Source: a virus (lineage: Duplodnaviria; Caudoviricetes). From it: a stretch of 64,000 nt of DNA. Below, piece after piece: positions 7,946-15,822 of the stretch. The notes beneath the pieces were generated by a model. That model was not told where the DNA came from. It worked only from the letters and a program-made list of their open reading frames with translations, and made no database searches. Position 1 is the stretch's first letter. Every line of letters starts with the position of its first letter. The stretch lies in the IMG/VR virus record IMGVR_UViG_3300021962_000022; one strand, written 5' to 3'. A program made the position numbers and the translations under genes.

Positions 7946-8548
7946 ATGGGACAGTATTTTAAACCAATTATTCTCGGTGAAAAACCGAAAGACGGTGAAA
8001 ACGAAACCGTAAAGGCGTGGATGTATTCACATTCATATGACAATGGTCTCAAACTAATGGAACATTCCTATCAAGGAAACAACTTTGTTTCAACGTTTGA
8101 AAAAGAATTAACCCGAAGAGGGTCACATTACAAAAGTCGTGTAGTGTGGGGTGGTGATTACGCCGATGAAGAACCGGGGGTAAAAGTTATTAGTGAAGGG
8201 AAAGAGTACGACGCAAATTTGTATTCACTTTGTAATGATGAAAACGAAATCAAACCAAAGGTTGCAAAAACGGATGACTACCCTTTTATTGTAAATCACA
8301 CTAAAAAACAATTCGTAGATAAAAACAAAGTACCCGAAATTCAAGATTGGGAAGGTGTAAAAATTCACCCTTTACCACTTTTAACTAGTGAGGGTAACGG
8401 ACAAGGTGGTGGTGATTTTAGGGGAGAAGATGAAAATGAAATTATTGGTTCGTGGGCGAGGGATGTTATCTCAATAGAAAAGGAAAGTCCGTTAGTCATG
8501 ATTGGTACAACGGATTATACCGAATTAATTTTTGATTTGAAAGAGTAA
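7946..8548 (+). CDS. conserved phage hypothetical protein
   Basis: MGQYF...GLKLMEHSY...IHPLPLLT.EGNG.GGGDF motifs. Confidence 0.85.
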   Translation: MGQYFKPIILGEKPKDGENETVKAWMYSHSYDNGLKLMEHSYQGNNFVSTFEKELTRRGSHYKSRVVWGGDYADEEPGVKVISEGKEYDANLYSLCNDENEIKPKVAKTDDYPFIVNHTKKQFVDKNKVPEIQDWEGVKIHPLPLLTSEGNGQGGGDFRGEDENEIIGSWARDVISIEKESPLVMIGTTDYTELIFDLKE

Positions 8549-8551
8549 AAA

Positions 8552-8578
8552 AATTCCCCCGTGACAGGGGGATTTTTG
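8552..8578 (+). terminator. intrinsic terminator fused to the TTGGC motif
   Basis: AATTCCCCC-GTGACA-GGGGGATTTTT running directly into GTTTGGC. Confidence 0.75.
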
Positions 8579-8602
8579 TTTGGCAACAAAGTGTAAAATA
8601 AA

Positions 8603-8634
8603 TTTGGAATATAAAGATATTTGTTTTATATTTG
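8603..8634 (+). promoter_or_regulatory. Bacteroidota-type promoter
   Basis: TTTG-N20-TATATTTG. Confidence 0.85.
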
Positions 8635-8660
8635 TATCATAAACCAATTAAATAATCGAT

Positions 8661-9059
8661 ATGTCAAAAAGTATTAAAGTTCGTTTTAACCTCGGCAAGG
8701 GTAAAAACTACATGAAGTGGAAGGTAACACATCCTGATGGTGATGTTATCTACTATAGTCCTGATGAAGTACAAATGGTAATGACCGAGTGTACATTTAA
8801 AAACCACAAGAGTACCGCACAGAAAATTTTCGATGGTGCACACAAAACAGTTTGTGCGTGGATACTATGTAAGGACATTAAGATTTACACAGGTAAACCA
8901 ATCACGGATGAAAGTAGAAGGGTTCGTTATAATCCACGTGTCCAACCTAACTGGATATTCGATGGTCATATCATGGATAATGATGGGGTACCGAAATTAC
9001 ACACAATTGAAAGTGGCGTTTATATCACAGAAGGAAAAGGTGAAAATTGTTTGGCATAA
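8661..9059 (+). CDS. conserved phage hypothetical protein
   Basis: KVRFNLGKGKNYMKWKV...HKTVCAW motifs; follows a promoter. Confidence 0.8.
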   Translation: MSKSIKVRFNLGKGKNYMKWKVTHPDGDVIYYSPDEVQMVMTECTFKNHKSTAQKIFDGAHKTVCAWILCKDIKIYTGKPITDESRRVRYNPRVQPNWIFDGHIMDNDGVPKLHTIESGVYITEGKGENCLA

Positions 9060-9070
9060 AATAAAACAAC

Positions 9071-9553
9071 ATGGAACTCATCAAAGCACAACAACTCGCA
9101 GAGAAACTAATCCACAGACACGACCTTGATGTTAAAGGATGGAGATTTTCATTTGATAACGCAAGACGTAGGTTCGGATGTTGTAAGTACAGAAGTAAAC
9201 AAATTACTTTATCCAAAGTATTGACTTTACTAAACAATGAGAAAGAAGTAAAGAATACTATTCTACATGAAATTGCACACGCATTAACACCAGGTCATCA
9301 CCATGATTGGGTGTGGAGACAGAAAGCAATTGAAATAGGATGTAATGGAAGTCGTTGTTACAGTTCTAAAATAGTTGCAACCCCTGAACCAAGATATGTT
9401 GCGACCTGTGTGGGATGTGGTAAACAACATAGTAAGAACCGTTTGAGTAAATGGTCGTCATCATCATGTCGTCCGTGTTCGGGTGGCCGTTACAACGAGA
9501 AGTTCAAACTTGAGTTCAGGATAAATCCGAAATTTAGTTTGGCAACAAAGTAG
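9071..9553 (+). CDS. SprT-like zinc metalloprotease
   Basis: RRFGCC...ILHEIAHA...HHDWVW motif and a C-terminal CxxC..CxxC. Confidence 0.85.
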   Translation: MELIKAQQLAEKLIHRHDLDVKGWRFSFDNARRRFGCCKYRSKQITLSKVLTLLNNEKEVKNTILHEIAHALTPGHHHDWVWRQKAIEIGCNGSRCYSSKIVATPEPRYVATCVGCGKQHSKNRLSKWSSSSCRPCSGGRYNEKFKLEFRINPKFSLATK

Positions 9554-9561
9554 AAAAAAAG

Positions 9562-9593
9562 TTTGGTAAAAAGAAATAATCATTATATCTTTG
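9562..9593 (+). promoter_or_regulatory. Bacteroidota-type promoter
   Basis: TTTG-N20-TATCTTTG. Confidence 0.85.
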
Positions 9594-9615
9594 TATTACA
9601 ATTAAACCAATAGAC

Positions 9616-9927
9616 ATGAAAAAAGTAAAAGAACTTTATCGAAGTAAACTACATGGTCGAGATAAATCTCATGATGTGGTAATCATCCAAGACACTACAA
9701 GAGTAAGTGGATGTAAATTAAAAATGACCTACGAATGTTACAACGCGGTTGAACGATTTACAGGTGAACGACTTGTGGGTGGTAAGTGGGAGTTTAACTT
9801 CTCAATGGAAGATTTAGGGGTAACCCCTGATAGGAGTAACTACGTATGTGACAGTAGTAAACGTTTGGAAAGAACGGAGAACTTAATTCAAAAAGGTATC
9901 GAATTTTTTAACATTTTAAATCAATAA
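9616..9927 (+). CDS. hypothetical protein
   Basis: ORF after a promoter. Confidence 0.8.
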   Translation: MKKVKELYRSKLHGRDKSHDVVIIQDTTRVSGCKLKMTYECYNAVERFTGERLVGGKWEFNFSMEDLGVTPDRSNYVCDSSKRLERTENLIQKGIEFFNILNQ

Positions 9928-9931
9928 AATC

Positions 9932-10480
9932 ATGGGACTAGACATGTATCTCAGCAAGAAGACCTACGTTAAGAACTGGGACTTCCAAGACAAATCACAA
10001 CAGCACAAGGTGACTGTTAAAAAGGGTAGTAAGGTTCGCACCGACATCAAACCTGAACGTGTGTCATACATCACAGAGAGTGTGGCGTATTGGAGAAAAT
10101 CAAATCACATTCACCAATGGTTCGTAACGAATTGTCAAGGTGGTGAAGACCAATGTCAGGAGTCATATGTGGACAGAGGTCAACTTCAGGAGTTGGTCAA
10201 TATCTGTAAACAAGTGAAAGAGAGTTTGGAGAAATCAGGTAAGAAGACCGTGAAGATGGAAGTTGGTTGGCAGAACGGAGAAAAGATGTATGACGATGTT
10301 GAGGTGTTTGAGGATACCGAACTCGCAGAAGAATTACTTCCAACTCAACCCGGTTTCTTCTTCGGTGGAACGGAGTACGACCAATGGTATGTTCATGGTT
10401 TAGATGAAACCATCAATCAAATTGAACCACTTCTACAAGAAGAAGGGGATGGTGACTTCTACTATCAGTCATCCTGGTAA
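9932..10480 (+). CDS. conserved phage hypothetical protein
   Basis: MGLDMYL...YWRKSNHIH.WF...LLPT..GFFFG...YQSSW motifs. Confidence 0.85.
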   Translation: MGLDMYLSKKTYVKNWDFQDKSQQHKVTVKKGSKVRTDIKPERVSYITESVAYWRKSNHIHQWFVTNCQGGEDQCQESYVDRGQLQELVNICKQVKESLEKSGKKTVKMEVGWQNGEKMYDDVEVFEDTELAEELLPTQPGFFFGGTEYDQWYVHGLDETINQIEPLLQEEGDGDFYYQSSW

Positions 10481-10501
10481 AAAAAAATAACTGGGATATT
10501 A

Positions 10502-10533
10502 TTTGGTAAAATGATATCCCAGTTTTACCTTTG
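10502..10533 (+). promoter_or_regulatory. promoter straddled by an 11-bp inverted repeat
   Basis: TTTG-N20-TACCTTTG; AACTGGGATAT(10489)-N14-ATATCCCAGTT(10524). Confidence 0.75.
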
Positions 10534-10561
10534 TATAATGAAAGCTTAAAAAATTAGAGAT

Positions 10562-11173
10562 ATGCCAAACTGGTGTTCAAATAAAATAGAGATAACAGGT
10601 ACTAAAGAGCAAATAGCTCTACTTACCAAAGTTCTTGAGGATGTACCAAAATCCAAACCCCAAGAGTGTATCGTTTTTGAGTCCTTAATCGGTCGTGAGC
10701 CCGATATGTCAAAAGATGAATACGAACAAGGTGGATGGTACCAATCAAACATCGGTTGGTTTGGCACCAAGTGGGATGTATCCTACGACGATTGCAACTT
10801 TAACTTTGAGGATGAGTGTATTACAATGTATCCCGACACGGCGTGGTCACCACCAATAGGATTTGGTGCTAGGTTGCACGAGATGTATGGTGTGGATGTT
10901 GAGTTATATTACGAAGAACCTGGTTGTGATTTCTGCGGTAAAACTATTATTAAAAATAGAACCATAACAGAAAATGACTATGGTTATATGGAAGGTATCT
11001 ATCACTTCAATGATGAATACTTTTGGGAAGGATTATTGGACAATGAAATAGAGTACGCAAATGATGAGGGTATGAGTGTAGATGAGTTTGCGGAGAAGTT
11101 TAATTTCGTATCCGAAGATGACCTAAAAGAAATTAAAAAGATTTACGAAGAAAAATTAATTGAAAATAAATAA
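10562..11173 (+). CDS. YubB/DUF1281-like ferredoxin-fold protein
   Basis: MPNWCSN...WFGTKWD...TAWSPP...YEEPGCDFCG motifs. Confidence 0.75.
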   Translation: MPNWCSNKIEITGTKEQIALLTKVLEDVPKSKPQECIVFESLIGREPDMSKDEYEQGGWYQSNIGWFGTKWDVSYDDCNFNFEDECITMYPDTAWSPPIGFGARLHEMYGVDVELYYEEPGCDFCGKTIIKNRTITENDYGYMEGIYHFNDEYFWEGLLDNEIEYANDEGMSVDEFAEKFNFVSEDDLKEIKKIYEEKLIENK

Positions 11174-11175
11174 CG

Positions 11176-11436
11176 ATGGATAACTTAAAAGTAATGTCGA
11201 CAGCAGAACCTCAGGTACAATTAACCTATCAAGAATGGGTTGACGAATTGAGGATAAAAGAAAATGTAATTGTTTCATCCAAATACCACTCAAGAACAAT
11301 TGAGCAGCGTATACGGGTGGATGAAGCAATTCAACTAAAAAGAGAAATGGAAACCTCTGAAGAAAAAGTTTCCGACGGGACAGCTGAACCTCGGATTTTG
11401 TTTGGCATGTTAAGAACAGTAATAAACCTATTTTAA
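11176..11436 (+). CDS. hypothetical protein
   Basis: ORF in operon; contains a coding copy of the TTGGC motif. Confidence 0.6.
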   Translation: MDNLKVMSTAEPQVQLTYQEWVDELRIKENVIVSSKYHSRTIEQRIRVDEAIQLKREMETSEEKVSDGTAEPRILFGMLRTVINLF

Positions 11437-11439
11437 ATT

Positions 11440-11925
11440 ATGGGACGAGTAAATAAAACAATCGAAGGTGTCTTCATCGACATCGTAGGGTCCTCAAGTG
11501 AACTTAGTTCATATGACCAATTCATTAACCATGGAGGTGGTAAGAAATATTCCAAGGAGTTGGAAGAACTTACAGCCCTGTATAAGAAGGAGGTTACTAA
11601 GAGTAAAGTGATGTTCGAAAAACTTGCATCACTCGAGGAGATTATAATCCAAATGAGGATTCGTGAGGACCTTAGTGATATCAAGTTGACCCAAGTCCGT
11701 GAGTACATCTACGCAAGGACTCCATTCTACCGTAAGGATAAGAAGTCAAAAGATGTCCGTGTCATTGTCGACAAAATTGAATTCCATCCTGAGTCGGACG
11801 GTAACCTCGAGATTTTGCTTGGCAACAAGGACTTCATGGAGAAAGCAAAAAACAAGTTGGCCCAAGCAATGGACCTTGAGATTTTAGAGAATATCAAAAC
11901 ATTCAATTCATCATTTAAAAAGTAG
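11440..11925 (+). CDS. hypothetical coiled-coil protein
   Basis: ORF in operon; contains a coding copy of the TTGGC motif. Confidence 0.8.
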   Translation: MGRVNKTIEGVFIDIVGSSSELSSYDQFINHGGGKKYSKELEELTALYKKEVTKSKVMFEKLASLEEIIIQMRIREDLSDIKLTQVREYIYARTPFYRKDKKSKDVRVIVDKIEFHPESDGNLEILLGNKDFMEKAKNKLAQAMDLEILENIKTFNSSFKK

Positions 11926-11929
11926 AGTC

Positions 11930-12232
11930 ATGAAAAGAACAGAAGACATCAAAACAAACATTGGTTTATCAATCTTCAAAGGAGATTGGGACGGTGCAAC
12001 TTGGACCATCACTGGTTTCCCTAAAAAGGATGTGATTAGTCACGACTTTGATTCAGCATATGATTTCGAGGATTGTATTAAACGAAATGTTAATTGCAAC
12101 GGAATCGATTTCGACAGTGAGTATTGTCAGTTCTTTGCATACGCAAAAACCAAAGCACGTTTAGTGTCTTTTGCAAAACAGATTGAAAAACATTTCGAGA
12201 AAGCAAAGAAGGTGATGGAGGAGATGTACTGA
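11930..12232 (+). CDS. hypothetical protein
   Basis: ORF in operon; FDSEYCQF motif. Confidence 0.8.
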   Translation: MKRTEDIKTNIGLSIFKGDWDGATWTITGFPKKDVISHDFDSAYDFEDCIKRNVNCNGIDFDSEYCQFFAYAKTKARLVSFAKQIEKHFEKAKKVMEEMY

Positions 12233-12262
12233 TTTTGTCTGGCGAAAAATATCACAAAAAAA

Positions 12263-12294
12263 TTTGGAATATTCTAGAATTAGTATTAAGTTTG
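12263..12294 (+). promoter_or_regulatory. Bacteroidota-type promoter
   Basis: TTTG-N20-TAAGTTTG. Confidence 0.8.
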
Positions 12295-12313
12295 AATCAA
12301 GAACCAAAATATT

Positions 12314-12631
12314 ATGTCATATAAACAACAAGTACAGGATTTACAGAATGATATTATAAACAATATCAAACGATTCGTAGGTGAACTCGGTCAAGATGAA
12401 TTACATTTTAACGAGATGTTTAGAGTTTGGGTAACTATATCAACTTGGGACGATGATTATGTTCGTGTGTCATACGCGGCGGTCGGGTTACGGGGTGAGT
12501 TTGTTATCTGTACCAGTGAGGTTGAGGAAGAAGAAATTCAATTAGGGGAACTCGACATATATGAGTTGTCATACATTTTAGATTTACTAATATCAAATCA
12601 ATTTAAAACCGATAACAATGGACAAGATTAA
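12314..12631 (+). CDS. acidic hypothetical protein
   Basis: ORF after a promoter. Confidence 0.75.
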   Translation: MSYKQQVQDLQNDIINNIKRFVGELGQDELHFNEMFRVWVTISTWDDDYVRVSYAAVGLRGEFVICTSEVEEEEIQLGELDIYELSYILDLLISNQFKTDNNGQD

Positions 12632-13217
12632 ATTAAACAGTAAGGTCGTCGTATCCGACCCTTGTTACACAATCCCAACCTGGTGTCAAGCTGTAGTTGA
12701 CAAAGTAAAACCCGGTATGTATGACACCCACCTGAAGAAACACGACGCAGGTGATTGGGGTAAGAGATGTTCAATGTTACTTGTCATACACGAGGACCAT
12801 AAAGATGATATCCTAAGATGGGAGGAACATTCCGCAACCATCGGGGTCGATTCAGGTCAGTGTGGTATCTTCTCAAAAGAAACTTACCGTAACGATTCAA
12901 TCACCGAGAAAATTGGTTTGGGTGATGGGGACATTTCATTCTTTGGTGTTTCACCTTGGAAAGAAATGACTGATGGTCGTAAAGAGGAAGAAGGAGAAAT
13001 ATGGTATGTTAGTATGTGTTCTCGAACCTTAGGTGAAAAATCTTGGGGTGTGTATGACAGTGGAGTCGTATCCTCATCAGGTTTTGGTGACGGTTCATAC
13101 AGTTTATATGTCGCAAAGAAAAGAGGAAAGATTGTGGCAATGTGTGTGGACTTTCAAGTTGAAGAAGAAGGTGTAATCGATTTTGATTTTTTTCGCGATA
13201 TCCAACTAGAGAAGTAA
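12618..13217 (+). CDS. DUF4241-like protein
   Basis: VVSDPCY...GVDSGQCGIF...SSGFGDGSY motifs. Confidence 0.7.
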   Translation: MDKIKLNSKVVVSDPCYTIPTWCQAVVDKVKPGMYDTHLKKHDAGDWGKRCSMLLVIHEDHKDDILRWEEHSATIGVDSGQCGIFSKETYRNDSITEKIGLGDGDISFFGVSPWKEMTDGRKEEEGEIWYVSMCSRTLGEKSWGVYDSGVVSSSGFGDGSYSLYVAKKRGKIVAMCVDFQVEEEGVIDFDFFRDIQLEK

Positions 13218-13240
13218 TAAATTTTATTTAGATTTGAATC

Positions 13241-13522
13241 ATGAAAAAATTACTATTGATATTGCCAATTTTATTTGTGGTTGGGTGCAGAAGTACCTCA
13301 ACATACATCAAACACTCGGATGTAGCAATCGTATCGGGTGACATCCTTTATATATGCAATAAGGGACACGGTCCGATGATTTATAATTATTGGAAGAATG
13401 ATGTTTACTGTGACTCAACAATTAAGAGTGTTTATTTGTTGGACAGTATCCCATTTAATGCATTGTCCAAGAAATCCATACCATGTGGATGTAATCAAAG
13501 AGGGTATGCTAAATTAAAATAA
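13241..13522 (+). CDS. putative lipoprotein
   Basis: lipobox-like LFVVGC after a hydrophobic signal. Confidence 0.7.
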   Translation: MKKLLLILPILFVVGCRSTSTYIKHSDVAIVSGDILYICNKGHGPMIYNYWKNDVYCDSTIKSVYLLDSIPFNALSKKSIPCGCNQRGYAKLK

Positions 13523-13989
13523 TGACTATGTTCAATAAACAACACGCATCAAAACCGAATCATATCTTGAGTCCATCTCAGTGGATGAATTTTGGTTGGC
13601 TAACCATGGTACCTGTATCATATTTCGTCCACCCATATGCATGTGCACTGGCTGTGGTCATATACATCTACAAATATTTCGAAGTAGACTGTTGGAGGTA
13701 TGAATTCTATGATGACTGTGTTGTTGAACGTAAAGGAGTCTTCAGTGTGACTCGTGAATCGGTTCAGTACTTCAGGATTAAATCTGTAATGGTGGATGAA
13801 CCATTCTGGATGAGACTCCTCGGGTTATCAATTGTAAGAGTGATGACCTCAGAACAATTTAAACATGAATTAATATTTCAGGCCGTAGAAGAGGGTGAAG
13901 GAATTCAGGCATACTTACAACACAACGCAAGAGCAGAAAGATTGAATATGGGAATCAGGGATTTCGATGTATACAATACGCATCTGTAA
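13522..13989 (+). CDS. membrane protein with bacterial PH (bPH_2) domain
   Basis: two TM segments then YEF...ERKGVF...RIKSV....PFWMRLLGL. Confidence 0.75.
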   Translation: MTMFNKQHASKPNHILSPSQWMNFGWLTMVPVSYFVHPYACALAVVIYIYKYFEVDCWRYEFYDDCVVERKGVFSVTRESVQYFRIKSVMVDEPFWMRLLGLSIVRVMTSEQFKHELIFQAVEEGEGIQAYLQHNARAERLNMGIRDFDVYNTHL

Positions 13990-13993
13990 CGTT

Positions 13994-14314
13994 ATGAAAC
14001 TGTTCATCAGAGATAAGGTATACTTTACGGACCCTACTACAGGAGAGTTCTTTGAAGACACTATAACACATGTCGACGAACAGGTTATAATGGGAAGAGA
14101 CCGTGACTTGACATCGTTACACGAGAGAGGAGATTTAAATATCTATCGGATGCAATGTTACGTATGTGGATGTATAATCCCGAAACCATTATCACAGTTT
14201 CAGGTGGACGGTTTAAAGGGTAAACAACAATTGTTACCATCCACATGTAACGTCTGTCTAAGTGACCCGAGATATTATGAGGACCCTGAGGAGGGAATCA
14301 TACTGTTCATTTAG
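13994..14314 (+). CDS. hypothetical protein with C-terminal zinc finger
   Basis: CYVC...CNVC; ATG at 13994. Confidence 0.7.
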   Translation: MKLFIRDKVYFTDPTTGEFFEDTITHVDEQVIMGRDRDLTSLHERGDLNIYRMQCYVCGCIIPKPLSQFQVDGLKGKQQLLPSTCNVCLSDPRYYEDPEEGIILFI

Positions 14315-14460
14315 TTTGGCTAAGTCCGACGACAGGTGATACCGGAATTCCCGATTTAGTTTGGCCGAATCAGAATCGGTCGACGGGACCTGAGATGGTG
14401 GATTTAGTTTGGCGGGGGTTCAGATGACAGGTGACCCTGGAATCCCCGATTTAGTTTGGC
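14309..14460 (+). repeat. tandem array of four ATTTAGTTTGGC cores
   Basis: exact 12-mers at 14309, 14354, 14402 and 14449 (periods 45, 48, 47) with related GC-rich spacers. Confidence 0.9.
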
Positions 14461-14516
14461 ACAAGTTCTTTAAAATATTTTATACAGGATTTGGTTTTTA
14501 GGATTTTCTTGTTTAT

Positions 14517-14524
14517 TATTTATA
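14517..14524 (+). promoter_or_regulatory. putative late promoter TATTTATA
   Basis: 17 nt upstream of ATG 14542; the motif recurs before about 10 genes. Confidence 0.55.
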
Positions 14525-14541
14525 TACAAAATTATTATATT

Positions 14542-14814
14542 ATGGCAACAAAGAAGTCCACAACAAAAAAACCCGCTAGCAAACCCGCAGCGAAACCAGC
14601 ACCAGCCCCTAAGAAGGGTGGGTCTAAAAAAGCCGTAGCTACACCCGTGGCGAGAACAACTGTTAGTACTTATGTAGCAGTTTCTCACCACATCTACTAC
14701 GATGGTTTCTCTTACCGAGTTCGCGCTAGTGTTAACGGAACCCGTTACTCTCAGAACTTCTCTTCTAAGAAGAAAGCGTTCGCGTTCCGTAAGAGTATTT
14801 TGAGTACTATGTAA
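14542..14814 (+). CDS. small basic DNA-binding protein (histone-H1-like tail plus AP2-like domain)
   Basis: K/A/P-rich N-terminus, then IYYDGFSYRVRASVNGTRYSQNFSSKKKAFAFRK (three strands plus a helix pattern). Confidence 0.6.
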   Translation: MATKKSTTKKPASKPAAKPAPAPKKGGSKKAVATPVARTTVSTYVAVSHHIYYDGFSYRVRASVNGTRYSQNFSSKKKAFAFRKSILSTM

Positions 14815-14837
14815 TTTTACAAAAAATCTCTTAACTG

Positions 14838-14870
14838 AATCCTGTGATTAGTTTCACAGGATTTTTTTTT
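14838..14870 (+). terminator. intrinsic terminator
   Basis: AATCCTGTGA-TTAGTT-TCACAGGATT plus T-tract. Confidence 0.9.
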
Positions 14871-14930
14871 GTCCTGAAAGTTTTGTTTAAAAAAACAATG
14901 ACCGACGAATTTAGGTTGGCATTTTTTAGG

Positions 14931-14994
14931 TGTATGACACCGAACCCCGTGTATGACATATATACACATATATAAAACCATCCCTTGTATGACA
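14931..14994 (+). repeat. three direct TGTATGACA repeats in the strand-switch intergenic region
   Basis: exact copies at 14931, 14950 and 14986. Confidence 0.85.
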
Positions 14995-15220
14995 TCTAAA
15001 TGGTTTATATCTAATACTGTTTTTCTGAAAATATAAAAATATAACTCTTATTTCACGAAAGGGACAATCCTACACTATCTCCCACAATTTACCACTTTGA
15101 CACACTTTTGTCGATTGTAATACGACCAGCGGGATTTTTTGTAATACATCCATATATATTCTGAAAAAATTCCTTACGACAAAAAATGTCTGGATTAGGG
15201 GGTTAAAATCAAGGATTTTT

Positions 15221-15415
15221 TTACTCTTCTTGTATTACATGGGGGTCATAAATGACCACCTTATCCTCCCTATAAAAATCCACAGAGGGTAACCCACTAT
15301 ACTGACATGTTAATTTTTCCCTATCCTCAATCAGTTTCTTTTTTATAGAATCCTCAAAGTAAACACCATCAGATTCCATATCCGATAGTGGTCTATGTAG
15401 CATATATTTTTTCAT
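15221..15415 (-). CDS. hypothetical protein
   Basis: CQYSGLPS motif; last gene of the minus-strand block. Confidence 0.65.
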   Translation of the reverse strand: MKKYMLHRPLSDMESDGVYFEDSIKKKLIEDREKLTCQYSGLPSVDFYREDKVVIYDPHVIQEE

Positions 15416-15542
15416 ACACTAATAACAATTGTATTACAAAAAGGTTTAAACTGAGTGAGGTCTTTTCATCCTTACCATAGATTCCATTCTGTGGTTTTCT
15501 ACCAGCACCAAATGGTTCCAAAACTGTTTTATATATTTCATA

Positions 15543-15782
15543 TTACATTCCTTCCAATATTCTGTGTAAGATATTAATCAGTCCATTCAGATTACTCAAA
15601 TTGTTAATTACAAAATCAGAATGTTCATCTATGTAGACCAACCAATTATCATTCTCTATCAAATCACTCTCTGTAGATGTTAAAGATATATCTCCTATAT
15701 CCAATGTGTAATAATACCATTCATTATTATCACCATAGTATTTTGTGAAACCTAACTTAACGAGATTTTGTTCTGTAATCAT
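15543..15782 (-). CDS. hypothetical protein
   Basis: MITEQNLVKLGF start; co-oriented ORF. Confidence 0.7.
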   Translation of the reverse strand: MITEQNLVKLGFTKYYGDNNEWYYYTLDIGDISLTSTESDLIENDNWLVYIDEHSDFVINNLSNLNGLINILHRILEGM

Positions 15783-15822
15783 TTTGTCTTTTTCTCAAAT
15801 ATAAGATACAAATTTCTAATAC

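Noticed and set aside
2400-9600. Integron attC cassettes
   Set aside because: The spacers lack proper RYYYAAC/GTTRRRY ends and long imperfect hairpins, each gene has its own promoter, and no integron integrase is seen.
260-12300. Sigma-54 promoters suggested by TTGGCA
   Set aside because: There is no TTGC -12 element at the required spacing, and canonical Bacteroidota -33/-7 boxes lie just downstream.
14309-14460. CRISPR array
   Set aside because: The conserved unit is only 12-13 bp, the spacers resemble each other, the same core is dispersed through the region, and no cas genes are visible.
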